Source: Asterias rubens (Eukaryota). From it: a stretch of DNA of 64,000 nucleotides. The position numbers were made by a program, and so were the translations under genes. Under the pieces are notes generated by a model, which saw only the letters and a list, made by a program, of their open reading frames with translations, made no database searches and was not told the DNA's origin. Each line of letters opens with the position of its first letter. Positions within the stretch are counted from its first letter, which is position 1. The DNA lies in contig NC_047064.1 in the NCBI RefSeq assembly GCF_902459465.1, positions 6,572,001 through 6,636,000 on the forward strand, written 5' to 3'. Positions 1 through 10,599 of the stretch are shown one piece after another.

Positions 1-44
1 AACATAGAAGTCCTTTCTGCTCTAAGCTGACTGGGTCAGCTTAA

Positions 45-411
45 AGGGACACGTTGCCTTCGATCGGTCGAGCCTTTAAAAAGTGTTTGAAACCATTGTT
101 GTGAAATGCACATGATCAGAAAGATGTTTTAAAATGATCCACACAAAATAATATGACTCGAAATTGCGTGGGCCTACCTTTTATTATGCGAACTGACACG
201 ATCGGCCATTTTGTTGAGTCAAATATTTGACTCCAAAAAATAGCGTGTTAGTTCACGACCTATTAAAAAACACGTGCAATTTTGAGTCATTTTTATGTGA
301 ATCATTATGTTCTACTTTTAAAACAGCTTTCCTACCAAATGCATTTCATAACGAAAATGTTTCAATCGCTTTTCTTAAACCAACTCGCCCGATCCAAGGC
401 AACGTGTCCCT
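45..411. mobile_element. TTAA-flanked MITE, family 2 (Kolobok-like)
   Basis: TIR agggacacgttgcctt / aaggcaacgtgtccct with TTAA on both sides; sister copy at 50008-50384. Confidence 0.85.
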
Positions 412-822
412 TTAAGTTCTTTCTTCTCTGTGGTGGCATTAGATGTGAAAGCCGTCGACATTTCTTGAGGCACTTTCCCATCGTCAATAAGATTAGAAAA
501 ACAAAATATTCTTTTCTTTCAACTATTTACAAAAATAACAACCGTTTTTTGTTTGTTATATAAAACTATACACAAAATGACAATACTTTGACGTCATGCG
601 TGGGAGTTTGCTTTGTTATACCTCCATGCTGCAAATACGGCTAACAAGGTTTTCGCGAATATTTCTGAAAAACACCGGATGAGGGTGTTGAACAAGCTTA
701 TTTTGACACAACTAAAATCTATTTATACTCATGTGAACTTGATTTCCTTAATGATTGAAAAACATTTCGAATGAATTCAGCAAAGATCACGACTTGCTGT
801 TTTTGTTCAAGTAAGTCTTTAA

Positions 823-1200
823 AGGCAGTGGACACTATTGGTAATTGTCAAAGACTAGCCTTCACAGTTGGTGTATCTCAACATATGCATAAAATAACAA
901 AACTGTGAAAATTTGAGCTCAATCGGTCATCGAACTTGCGAGATAATAATGAAAGAAAAAACACCCTTGTCACACGAAGTTGTGTGCGTTTAGATAGTTG
1001 ATTTCGAGACCTCAAGTTCTAAATCTGTGGTCTCGAAATCAAATTTGTGGAAAATAACTTCTTTCTCGAAAACTATGGCACTTCAGAGGGAGCCGTTTCT
1101 CACAATGTTTTATACCATCAACCTCTCCCCATTACTCGTCACCATGAAAGGCTTTATGTTAATAATTATTTTGAGTAATTACCAATAGTGTCCACTGCCT
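823..1200. mobile_element. TTAA-flanked MITE, family 1 (Kolobok-like)
   Basis: Perfect 24-bp TIR aggcagtggacactattggtaatt; TTAA at 819-822 and 1201-1204. Confidence 0.9.
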
Positions 1201-1783
1201 TTAACGAACACATAATTAAACGCATAGCAGCTGCTGATACATACAACGAGGATACGAGTGCCGAGGATCAAGCGTAGTACTGGATAAAAGTTGATAGCAA
1301 AATCTAAAATCTTTTATATTGCAAAAGCACTAAAAACAAAAAAATCATTGAAGGTGTATGAGAAACAGTATGAACACTCTGGAAGTCGTGTTTCAGACTC
1401 CCCACACAAACCAAACGGTCGTATGCACACAAGGCGACCATACGCCAAAGATGGCTGGAAAGTCCGAACAAGACTAAAAGTGTAAAAAAAAGAGTATTTG
1501 TTGCAGAGTAAAAACAGGCATGCTTAGCAGAGCATAATGTTGGGCTTTCCCCATGTTGTCGTACGGTCCCTTTTGAAAAATTTTGCCTGCTAAAAACATT
1601 GCGGTGCTAAACCCAACAATGTAATATTTATTATGTTTTTCTATAAAAAAAAACAAAAAAACATGGCCACTAGCTCCCGTACGCCCAGTGTACCACACAA
1701 TTAAAACAATCAAAAACATTTTAATGCCCTTTTTCGAGAATTGTGTGTGTGTGTTTAAATGAATCGTACCTTATTTCAGAGAA

Positions 1784-2779
1784 CTAGAGCGTTTGTGCTG
1801 TTGCCGTTTGCTGAATCGGGTCTATGGCCAAAGAGGGCGCACCAGTAGACTCTCCAGGACGCACCCGCTTTCGGCGAAATCGCTTCTGTACGAGTTGCTT
1901 CAGCTGAGTGCGGAAATGCTCGTATTTGAAGCAATAAACGACTGGATTCACGCACATGTTGCACATGATCATACTCATAAACGCCTGACCAATGAGAATT
2001 ACTAATGCGCCGGAGCTTGAAGAAAATGCACCGATGGCAATGAACACCCGAAACGCCTGCATCGGAGTCCAGCAAATGAAGAACATGCAACCAGCAATCA
2101 ACAACGTCATGATGACGTTTCTCTTAGCCTTGCTCAAGATACCATTTTGCTGATTGGCGTTAACATTGTCAAGTTTGTGTCGAAGAACGAGGAGTATTCT
2201 CACGTATGAAAACGAGATGAGTGTCACAGGAATAGCGTACTCCACCAACATAATCACAATGAACAGAACGATCCTAGCAGTGGGACTTGTGGAATAATCA
2301 TAGCCGCACTTGTTACCAGTGAATTTGAACAAAAAGGTAGACCTCAGCGCATACGTGAAACCGATGATCCAAGCAACACACATTGAAACTTTGATCTTTA
2401 AGAGTGAGCAGTAGTTGCGGTGTTTGACCGGATAGCACGTGGCAAGAAAACGCTCCAGCGATATCACCACCAGATTGTACGTGGATGCTACGCTTACACC
2501 CCAAACGAAAAAACCTGAGCCAACCAACCTACAGAGAATCAAACCGAAGAAATTAATTTCCAAATTGTCCAAAAGCGAAGTTTGTCTGATAAAAGTCACT
2601 GCGAGGAACACCAAACCAGAGATGAAGTCGATGATGGACTGGTGACGGATAAGTCGGTTAGTGAAGGAGCTGAACTGTTTACGCCTGACCGTCATGACGA
2701 AAATCGCCAAACCGTTTCCGAGGATAGCCAAAAATGCCACGATCATATTAAACACAAAAGCCAAACCTTCACTTGCCAT
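1784..2779 (-). CDS. Class A (rhodopsin-like) 7TM GPCR, single coding exon, type A (331 aa)
   Basis: Seven hydrophobic segments with class A motifs: TM1 LGNGL, TM2 QSIIDF, LCRL Cys plus ECL2 NKCG Cys, SLERF (DRY variant), TM6 FFICWTP, TM7 NMCVNPVVY, helix 8 FRTQLKQL. Confidence 0.93.
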   Translation of the reverse strand: MASEGLAFVFNMIVAFLAILGNGLAIFVMTVRRKQFSSFTNRLIRHQSIIDFISGLVFLAVTFIRQTSLLDNLEINFFGLILCRLVGSGFFVWGVSVASTYNLVVISLERFLATCYPVKHRNYCSLLKIKVSMCVAWIIGFTYALRSTFLFKFTGNKCGYDYSTSPTARIVLFIVIMLVEYAIPVTLISFSYVRILLVLRHKLDNVNANQQNGILSKAKRNVIMTLLIAGCMFFICWTPMQAFRVFIAIGAFSSSSGALVILIGQAFMSMIMCNMCVNPVVYCFKYEHFRTQLKQLVQKRFRRKRVRPGESTGAPSLAIDPIQQTATAQTL

Positions 2780-3188
2780 TGTAGGCTGATCGGGAAAAAA
2801 AGTTTATCAAAAATACTCTGAAGTATTTTGATCAGATTGTTTGCTGCTCCAACAACAGATGAATATAAGTTGAGATTGTTGAGTGTACTAAGTAAAGGCT
2901 TGATTGTTTTGAGAAAGATATCATCAACTAAAATGGCGCGACTTAGTTTGGTGAAAGCAGGAAATATCAATGGTAAATTCAGAAACCCACAGCATGTGGT
3001 TTATACTGATAACTTCGGATCTCTCACCAACTATCCTTGTCCAGGCGAACAGTAGTGGGGCCAAAGCATAAAACGAATGTGCGGAGTAGTCGAAGGTATT
3101 TGAATAAAACTGTACAGGGCAACCTTAGACGATTATATTTATAGGAATCCACATCACACACCGTATACAACACTGAACATGTTATTCA

Positions 3189-3497
3189 AAATTGAAGTTT
3201 GGCGGCTAAATTGCACCAAAGATCCTTTTAGAGTCATGTAATGCTTTCCGCAAGCTTTCAGCATTTCTTGTTAACCTGTAAAGTGCCACCGACTTTCAAG
3301 CAAACAAAAAATCGGGACCTGATTCTCGTTGATCACAAACAATCAACTTCAAAATAAAAGTTTGAAGGTTAATTTGCAGCCAAGATCCTTTCAGAGTCAT
3401 GTGTGGCTTTCTGCCAGCTTTCAGCATTTCTTAAGACGCCACCGACTTTGAAGCAAACCAAATATCGGGACCTGAATCTTGTTGATCACAAACAATC
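3189..3497. repeat. ~160-bp direct duplication upstream of type A/B genes
   Basis: Two diverged copies of aaaattgaagttt...gttgatcacaaacaatc; the type C upstream region (~9165-9330) has only one. Confidence 0.8.
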
Positions 3498-3501
3498 TAC
3501 T

Positions 3502-3598
3502 CATCATCATTCGGCATAGACTTGCGTCTGTGCCCGCTCGTCATCAGGTTGTAATGGGGGCGCACTCCTGGAGTTGCCGCAATCACCTGGTGTCTGTC
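3502..3598 (-). mobile_element. 97-bp 5'-truncated LINE-like 3' end with 11-bp TSD
   Basis: AACAATCTACT at 3491-3501 and 3599-3609; minus strand ends in (ATG)3. Copies at 14575, 19855, 25142, 27858 and 36418. Confidence 0.7.
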
Positions 3599-3804
3599 AA
3601 CAATCTACTGTTGCAGTGAAATACTCTAGATTTGAAAGATCAACGCATTTAATTTCTTGACACACATTCTCGTCAAGAAACCTACAGTTAGACTATTCTT
3701 CTAGGTCATTCTTTTAAATTCTCAAGAAAAAAGAAAGAAAAAAAGATAGTAACCGGATACAACTTTTCGTCAAGACCTCCAGAAACTTTAATCCAAATCT
3801 TCAG

Positions 3805-3970
3805 GTCGGCTCAGAGAAGAAATGACTTCAAATGAGACCTGGAAAGACAGACTCGGCTTCGAGTGCAGAAACTTAATAGACCAACAAAATACAAAGTCGG
3901 CTCAGAGCAGAAATGACGACGTATGAGACCTAGAAAGACCCGGTTGGTTAAGAGGACAAAGAACTTGGAT
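3805..3970. repeat. Degenerate ~45-bp tandem repeat of the intergenic spacers
   Basis: Units of gtcggctcagagaagaaatgactt...agacc.ggaaagac recur 3-4 times here and in every spacer type. Confidence 0.7.
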
Positions 3971-4500
3971 ATTTTCTGGGTTAAAAAAGGGTTCTGTCTT
4001 TTCTGGGTCGGCAATCAAAGTGAAAGACGCTAAAAAATGAAAGATCAACGCTTTTAATTTCTTGACACACAATTCTCACCAAGAAACTTTCAGATTAAGA
4101 ATACTCGTCAAGGTCGTTCTTATAAATGATCAAGGCAATAAAAGAAAACGGTAACCGTGCACATCGGAATAAAACTAGTCGTCAAGACCTTCAAATTGTG
4201 TTTACCCCAAACAGTCTACTGCAGTGAAAGAATTAAAAATGAATTTCTCAACACATAATATTCTCGTAACGAAACTTGCAAGTTATTCAATGTCTTCAAG
4301 GTTATAAAACAAAAGCAAAAAAAAAACGGAAAAAAAGAGTCGGCTTCGAGCACGGACACTTAATATAAACAAAACTTAGGATTACGTATACATTCTGTGC
4401 ATATAGGAATGTTATTTTTTTGGCAAAACCATCAAATACCGTTTTTGTTTTCCCGTGACTATCTGCACATTTGAGTGAACCGTACCTTATTTCTAAAATC

Positions 4501-4792
4501 TTACATCGCTTGTGTCGTTGCCAATTGCTGAATCGGGTCTATGGCCAAAGAGGGCGCACCAGTAGACTCCTCTCCAGGACGCACTCGGTTTAGACCAAAT
4601 CGGCTCCGTACAAGTTGCTTGAGCTGTGTACGGAAATGCTCGTACTTGAAGCAATAAACGACTGGATTTACACTCATGTTGCACATGATCATACCCATGA
4701 GTGCCTGTCCAAGGAGATTAACTGATGAGGAGAGTGGCCGAGCATGCGATAGTCACGTTCAACGCAGTTGCACAGCCGTCATTTGATTCCAT
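4501..4792 (-). pseudogene. Internally deleted GPCR pseudogene (psi copy 1)
   Basis: ATG at 4792 reads MESNDGCATALNVTIACSA, like the N-terminus of the 37518-38516 gene. It is joined out of frame to TM7 and the tail (VNLLGQALMGMIMCNMSVNPVVY...QAM*). 292 bp versus ~999 bp for an intact gene. Confidence 0.9.
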
Positions 4793-5583
4793 CGTAAAAT
4801 TGATTACAAATGAAAATGTAGCGAAATAAATTGTGAAGTTTTTTAGTATGAGTTTTTGCAGCGGATTTTATATTAAAAAAAGGTTAAATTGGGGTATGTT
4901 GAATGAACTCTCAGTGTAACAAATTTGAGGTAAAATTTTCTTATAAATCAATGTGAAATCCGCGGGAAAAAAAAACGTTTTATTTACTACTTTCGATCTC
5001 AAAAACACCGCTTTGTACACCGAGTGCACCAGTAATGCAACCGAAAGCTAAAATAAACCAGCCTGAGATTTAGAAAGTATTTAAATAAAACTGTTAAACC
5101 TCAGGCAAGGTTGAACGATTGTCTAAGGCTCCAAATAATAAAATGAACGCGCAGTGTTGAATATAGTCATTGCTTTATGAAAAGATTTGTCTCGAGAACT
5201 TAGCAATGAACAATACATTTGAGTTATATATAAATGCACCAAGGTCCTACAAAAGAATGTAATTCCTGTTTAACTTATCAAGAGTCACAGGCACTCGAGG
5301 TTTAAACACCTACATCGAATTGACAAATTGGTTATCACAAATACTCGCGGGGTTTATCTTTTATATAATTTGAGGGCCAATGCTTTTTACTCTCCCTAAT
5401 ATAATGTTTCCTGTTCTTAGAGGAAAGCTCCAAAAACCCTTTGGGAGTATGTGTACATCTCGTTAAGTTCCTTCGGGAATAATATGTTACATATTCCTAA
5501 CGTTTTTGTCAAAAGCCACTTTACCGTCAAACCAAACCTTTACATAAATTTCATAAAACTGGTAGTGAAACTCGAGTTCTTAA

Positions 5584-5845
5584 AGTAACTGGACACTTTT
5601 GGTAATTACTCAAAATAGTTGTTAGCATACAAACTTACTTGTTTAACGATCAAAGGAGAGCTGTTGATAGTATATAAAACATTTTTTAGAAACGGCTCCC
5701 TCTGAAGTAACGTAGTCTCGAGAAAGAAGTAATTTTCCACTCAAATAATGTTATGTGAATTTGACTTCGAGACCTCAGAATTAGATTTTAGAATTAGGCA
5801 TTAGTAGACAGCACACAACTTCGTTAGACAAGGTTGTTTTTTCTT
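5584..5845. mobile_element. Truncated family-1 MITE in the psi spacer
   Basis: One terminus after TTAA, other end missing; copies near 11386 (intact aggcagtggacac end), 16665, 21953 and 29956. Confidence 0.75.
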
Positions 5846-6015
5846 CCAGTTTTATCATTCTTTTGAATCCTCAAGGTAACAAAAAAATCGGTATTAAACT
5901 AATTGTCAAAACCTACAACAATTTGTGTTTTATACAAATCTTCAAGTCGGCTCAGAGAAGAAAGGACTTAGTAAGACCCGGATAGACAGAGTCGGCCTAT
6001 AGCACAGAGACTTAA

Positions 6016-6336
6016 AGCCATTGGACACAGTCGGAACAGAACCAAAAAAAAGTTCACAGATTTACAAATAACTTACAGGGTTTACAAAAGGTAATGGTGA
6101 AAGACTTCTGTTGAAATGGAATGCTTTACTTTGTGAGAAAACATTAAAACAATATCGATTCTCGATATTACGGATGACACGGCGAAACGTGCGGAAACAA
6201 GGGTGGGTTTTCCCCGTTATTTTCTCCCGACTCCGATGAACAATTGAGCCTAAATTATCACAGGTTTGTTATTTTATATATAAAATGTGATACACGAAGT
6301 GTGGGCCTTGGACAATCGTGTAAATGTCCAATGGCT
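6016..6336. mobile_element. TTAA-flanked MITE, family 3
   Basis: TIR agccattggaca / tgtccaatggct with TTAA TSD; copies at 11818-12138, 17097-17416, 22385-22705 and 30388-30708. Empty paralogous site (acttaatagacc) near 3870. Confidence 0.88.
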
Positions 6337-6691
6337 TTAATAAACAAAAAAAAATACAAAGTCGGCTCGTCAGAGCAGAAATTACCTTTAAGACATAGAA
6401 CGAACCGGTTGGCTAGAAGCACAATGGATATTTTTGTGGTCTAAGTTCTGTCTTTATGGGCAATCAATGTGGAAGATGCTAACATTGAAAGATCAACGCT
6501 TTTAGTTTCTTGATACACATTCTCGTCAAGATACTTTCAGATTAAGAATATTCTTCTTGGTAGTTCTTGTAAATCTTCAAGGTAACAATACAAAAAGGTA
6601 ACCGTGCACATCGATGTAAAACTTTTCGTCAAGATCTTCAAAACGTTTGTATTTTAACAACATCTTCAGGCTCAGAGAAGAAAAGACTTTA

Positions 6692-7062
6692 AGGAACATA
6701 ACAGAGTTTATAAGAAAACAAATCTTGAATACTATAAATTTGCATGAAACTTACACGGTCTAATGATGATGATGGTAGGAAACATATTTTGAAATATTTA
6801 GGTCTGAAATGTCATTTTTGATGAGAAATAAATACAACTTGTCAGAGTTTACCGCTCAGTGAGCGTTTTATTCATTTTTATTTCAAACGATATCATGCAA
6901 ATGTGTAGTGTGGTTTTTTGTTTCACCATGTTCTGGTGACCCAGGTGGTCGATCGACCTCAAACCTCTCCAGGTTTTTTCAGTGTTTTGGTATTATGGTG
7001 GATTACATAAAGTGCTTACACTGCCAGCAACTGTTAGCTAAAACCAATTTTGCAATGTTCCT
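6692..7062. mobile_element. TTAA-flanked MITE, family 4 (diverged)
   Basis: Termini aggaacat / atgttcct; twin at 31064-31434, relatives at 40412 and 56735. Confidence 0.8.
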
Positions 7063-7406
7063 TTAATAAGACCCGGAAAGGCAGAGTCGGCTTCGAGCAA
7101 AGAGACTTATTAGACCTAGAAAGACCCATTCAGCTCAGAGCAGAATGATTTTTACCTGGAAAGAACCGGTCAGTTCAGAGCACAACAGAACATGGATATT
7201 TTCTGGCCGCTCGAAATGAAAGATTAATTCTTTTAGTTTCCTGACTCACCTACCCGTCGAGCTAGCAAATTTCCTCGATCGTCAAAAAAAAAGTACGTTC
7301 TGTGGATTTCGGAATATTACCTTTTTGGCAAAACCATCAAATACCGTTTGCGTTTTCTCGTGAATTATTTGCATATTTGTGTGAATCGTACCCTATTTCT
7401 TAGTTC

Positions 7407-7630
7407 TTACATCGCCTGTGTGATTGCCGATTGCTGTATCGGGTCTATGGCCAAAGAGGGCGCATCTTTAGACTCAACTCCAGGACGCACTCGGTTTCGA
7501 CCAAATCGGCCCCGTACAAGTTGCTTAAGCTGTGTACGGAAATGCTCGTACTTGAAGCAATAAACGACTGGATTCACGCTCATGTTGCACATGATCATAC
7601 CAATGAGTGCCTGTCCCAGGAGATTAACTA
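7407..7630 (-). pseudogene. 5'-truncated GPCR fragment (TM7 plus C-tail, F1)
   Basis: LVNLLGQALIGMIMCNMSVNPVVY...SAITQAM*. Homology stops at ~7630, where the 3' flank of the next gene (acgcccagt...) begins. Confidence 0.88.
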
Positions 7631-7759
7631 ACGCCCAGTATACCGCACAAACCCGTGCACATCGGAATAACAATTTTCGTTAAAACAATCAAAAGCATTT
7701 TATGCCCTTTTTCGGGAATTTTGTGCGTGTTTGAATGAATCGTACCTTATTTCTGAGAA

Positions 7760-8757
7760 CTAGAGCGCTTGTGCTGTTGCTGTTTGCTGAATCGGGTCTA
7801 TGGCCAAAGAGGGCGCACCAGTAGACTCCACTCCAGGATGCACTCGGTTATGGCGAAATCGCTTCTTTACGAGTTGCTTGAGCTGTGTGCGGAAATGCTC
7901 GTACTTGAAGCAATAAACGACTGGATTCACGCACATGTTGCACATGATCAAACCCATAAATACCTGACCCAGGAGAGTTACTAACGAACTTGAGCTTGAA
8001 GAAACTGCACCAATGGTAATGAACACCCGCAACGTCTGCATTGGAGTCCAACAAATGAAGAACATGAAACCAGCAATCAACAACGTAATTATGACGTTTC
8101 TTTTGGCCTTGCTCAAGATACGGTTTTGCTGATTGGCGTTAGCATTGTCAAGTTTGTGTCGAAGAACGAGGAGTATTCTACCGTACGGAAACGATATCAA
8201 GATCACTGGAATAATGTACTCCACCAACATGATCAAAATGAATAGAACGATCCTAGCAGTGGGACTTATGGAATAATCAAAGCCGCACTTGTTGTCAGTG
8301 ATTTTGTACAAAATGATAAACCTTATCGCATAGGCGAAACCGATGACCCAAGCAGCACACATTGAAACTTTGATCTTGAAGAGTGAGCAGTAGTTGCGTA
8401 GTTGACCGGATAGCACGTGGCAAGAAAACGCTCCAGCGATATCACCACCAGATTGTACGTGGATGCTACGCTTAAACCCCAAACAAAAAAACTTGAGCGA
8501 ACCAACCTACAGAGAATCCACCCGGAGAAATTCCCCTCTAGATTGTCCAAAAGCGAAGTTTGTCTAATAACAGTCACAGCGAGGAACACCAAACCAGAGA
8601 CGAAGTCGATGATGGATTGGTGACGGATAAGTCGGTTTGTGAAGGAGCTGAACTGTTTACGTCTGACCGTCATGACGAAAATCACCAAACCGTTTCCACA
8701 GATGGCAAAGCATGCCATGATCATGTTGAACGCAAAAGCCAAACCTTCACTTGCCAT
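7760..8757 (-). pseudogene. GPCR type C with net 1-bp frameshift after TM3
   Basis: 998 bp versus 999 bp for its near-identical intact twin at 32136-33134. Lesion at ~8397-8404 (gcgtagttgacc versus gcggtgtttgacc). Two overlapping ORFs in the track cover the two halves. Confidence 0.85.
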
Positions 8758-10307
8758 TGTAAGCTGAGTGGAAAGAAAAAGTTTATCAAAAGATACTCTG
8801 AAGAATTCTGATCAGACGGTTTGCTGCTCCAAGAACAGATGGATATAAGTTGAGTTTTGGTTGAATTCACTCGGTAAAATCTTGATTGTTTTGAGAGAGA
8901 TATCATCAACTAAAATGGCGCGACTGAGTTTTGTGAAAGCAGGAAATATCGATGAGAAATTCAGAAACACCCCCAAGTGGTTTATACTAATAACTTCAGA
9001 TCTATCACGCAGTATCCAGCCGAACGGTAGTGGGACCAAAGCATAAAACGAATCTGCCGGAGGAGTCGAAGATATCTGAATACAACTGTACAGGGCAAGC
9101 TTGTGCGATTGTTTTTTATAGGAATCTACATGACGAACACTACTGACGCTGGACATTGTTTTCAAAATTTAAGTTTGAAGGCTAATTTTCACCAAAGATC
9201 CTTTCAGAGTTCTGTAATACAATTTGCCAGCTTGTTAAGGTCCTTGCGGCATTTCTTGTTAACCTGTAAAACGCCACCGACTTTCAAGCAAACAAAAAAT
9301 CGGGACCTGAGTCTTGTTTATCACAAACATTTTAATGGCGGTGAAAGACTCTGACATTGAAAGATCAACTCTTTACATTTCTTGACACACATTCTCGTCA
9401 AGAAACTTACGGTAAGAATATGTATCTAGGTCATCCTTTTAAATCCTCAAGAAAAAAAGAAAGAAAAAAAGATAGTAACCGGTATACAACTTTTCGTCAA
9501 GACCTCCAGAAACTTTAATCAAAATTTTCAGGTCGGCTCAGAGAAGAAATGACTTCAAATGAGACCTGGAAAGACAGGCTCGGCTTCGAGCACAGAGACT
9601 TAATTAAGACCAAAAAAACACTGAGTCTGCTCAGAGCAGAAATGACTTATAAGACACAGAAAGACCCGGTTGGCTAAGAGAACAAAAGAGCTTGGATATT
9701 TTCTGGGTCTAAGTTCTGTCTTCTCTAAGCCGGCAATCAAAGTGAAAGACGCTAAAATTGAAAGATCAATGCTTTTAATTTCTTGACACACAATTCTCAC
9801 CAAGAAACTTTCAGATTAAGAATACTTGTCAAGGTCGTTCTTATAAATGATCAAGGCAACAAAGGAAAACAGTAACAGTGCACGTCGGTATAAAACTAGT
9901 CGTCAAGACCTTCAAATTTAAACCGCGACCTGAATCGTGTTTACCACAAACAGTCTACTGCAGTGAAAGAATTAAAAATGAATTTCTCAACACATAATAT
10001 TCTCGTAACGAAACTTGCAAGTTATTCAATGTCGTCAAGGTTATAAAACAAAAGCAAAAAACTTTATATTTAGACTTTCAAATTTGTTTGTGTGCTATCC
10101 AAATCTCCAAGTCGGCTCAGAAAAGAAAAGACTTAATAAGACACGGAAAAAAAGAGTCGGCTTCGAGCACGGACACTTAATATAAAAAAAAACTTAGGAT
10201 TACGTATACATTCTGTGCATATAGGAATGTTATTTTTTTGGCAAAACCATCAAATAACGTTTTTGTTTTCTGCATATTTGAGTGAACCGTACCTTATTTC
10301 TAAAATC

Positions 10308-10599
10308 TTACATCGCTTGTGTCGTTGCCAATTGCTGAATCGGGTCTATGGCCAAAGAGGGCGCACCGGTAGACTCCACTCCAGGACGCACTCGGTTTAG
10401 ACCAAATCGGCTCCGTACAAGTTGCTTGAGCTGTGTACGGAAATGCTCGTACTTGAAGCAATAAACGACTGGATTTACACTCATGTTGCACATGATCATA
10501 CCCATGAGTGCCTGTCCAAGGAGATTAACTGATGAGGAGAGTGGCCGAGCATGCGATAGTCACGTTCAACGCAGTTGCAAAGCCGTCATTTGATTCCAT
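10308..10599 (-). pseudogene. Internally deleted GPCR pseudogene (psi copy 2)
   Basis: Same deletion junction as 4501-4792; keeps F at codon 7 (MESNDGFATA) like the intact MESN gene. Confidence 0.9.

Noticed and set aside
1822-1842. CTCF-like tggccaaagagggcgc in every GPCR tail
   Set aside because: It is one base short between CC and AG relative to the core, and is fully explained by the coding sequence APSLAI.
3630-4330. CRISPR-like repeat-spacer array
   Set aside because: Units are degenerate with no constant repeat and unique spacers, there are no cas genes, and the context is eukaryotic.
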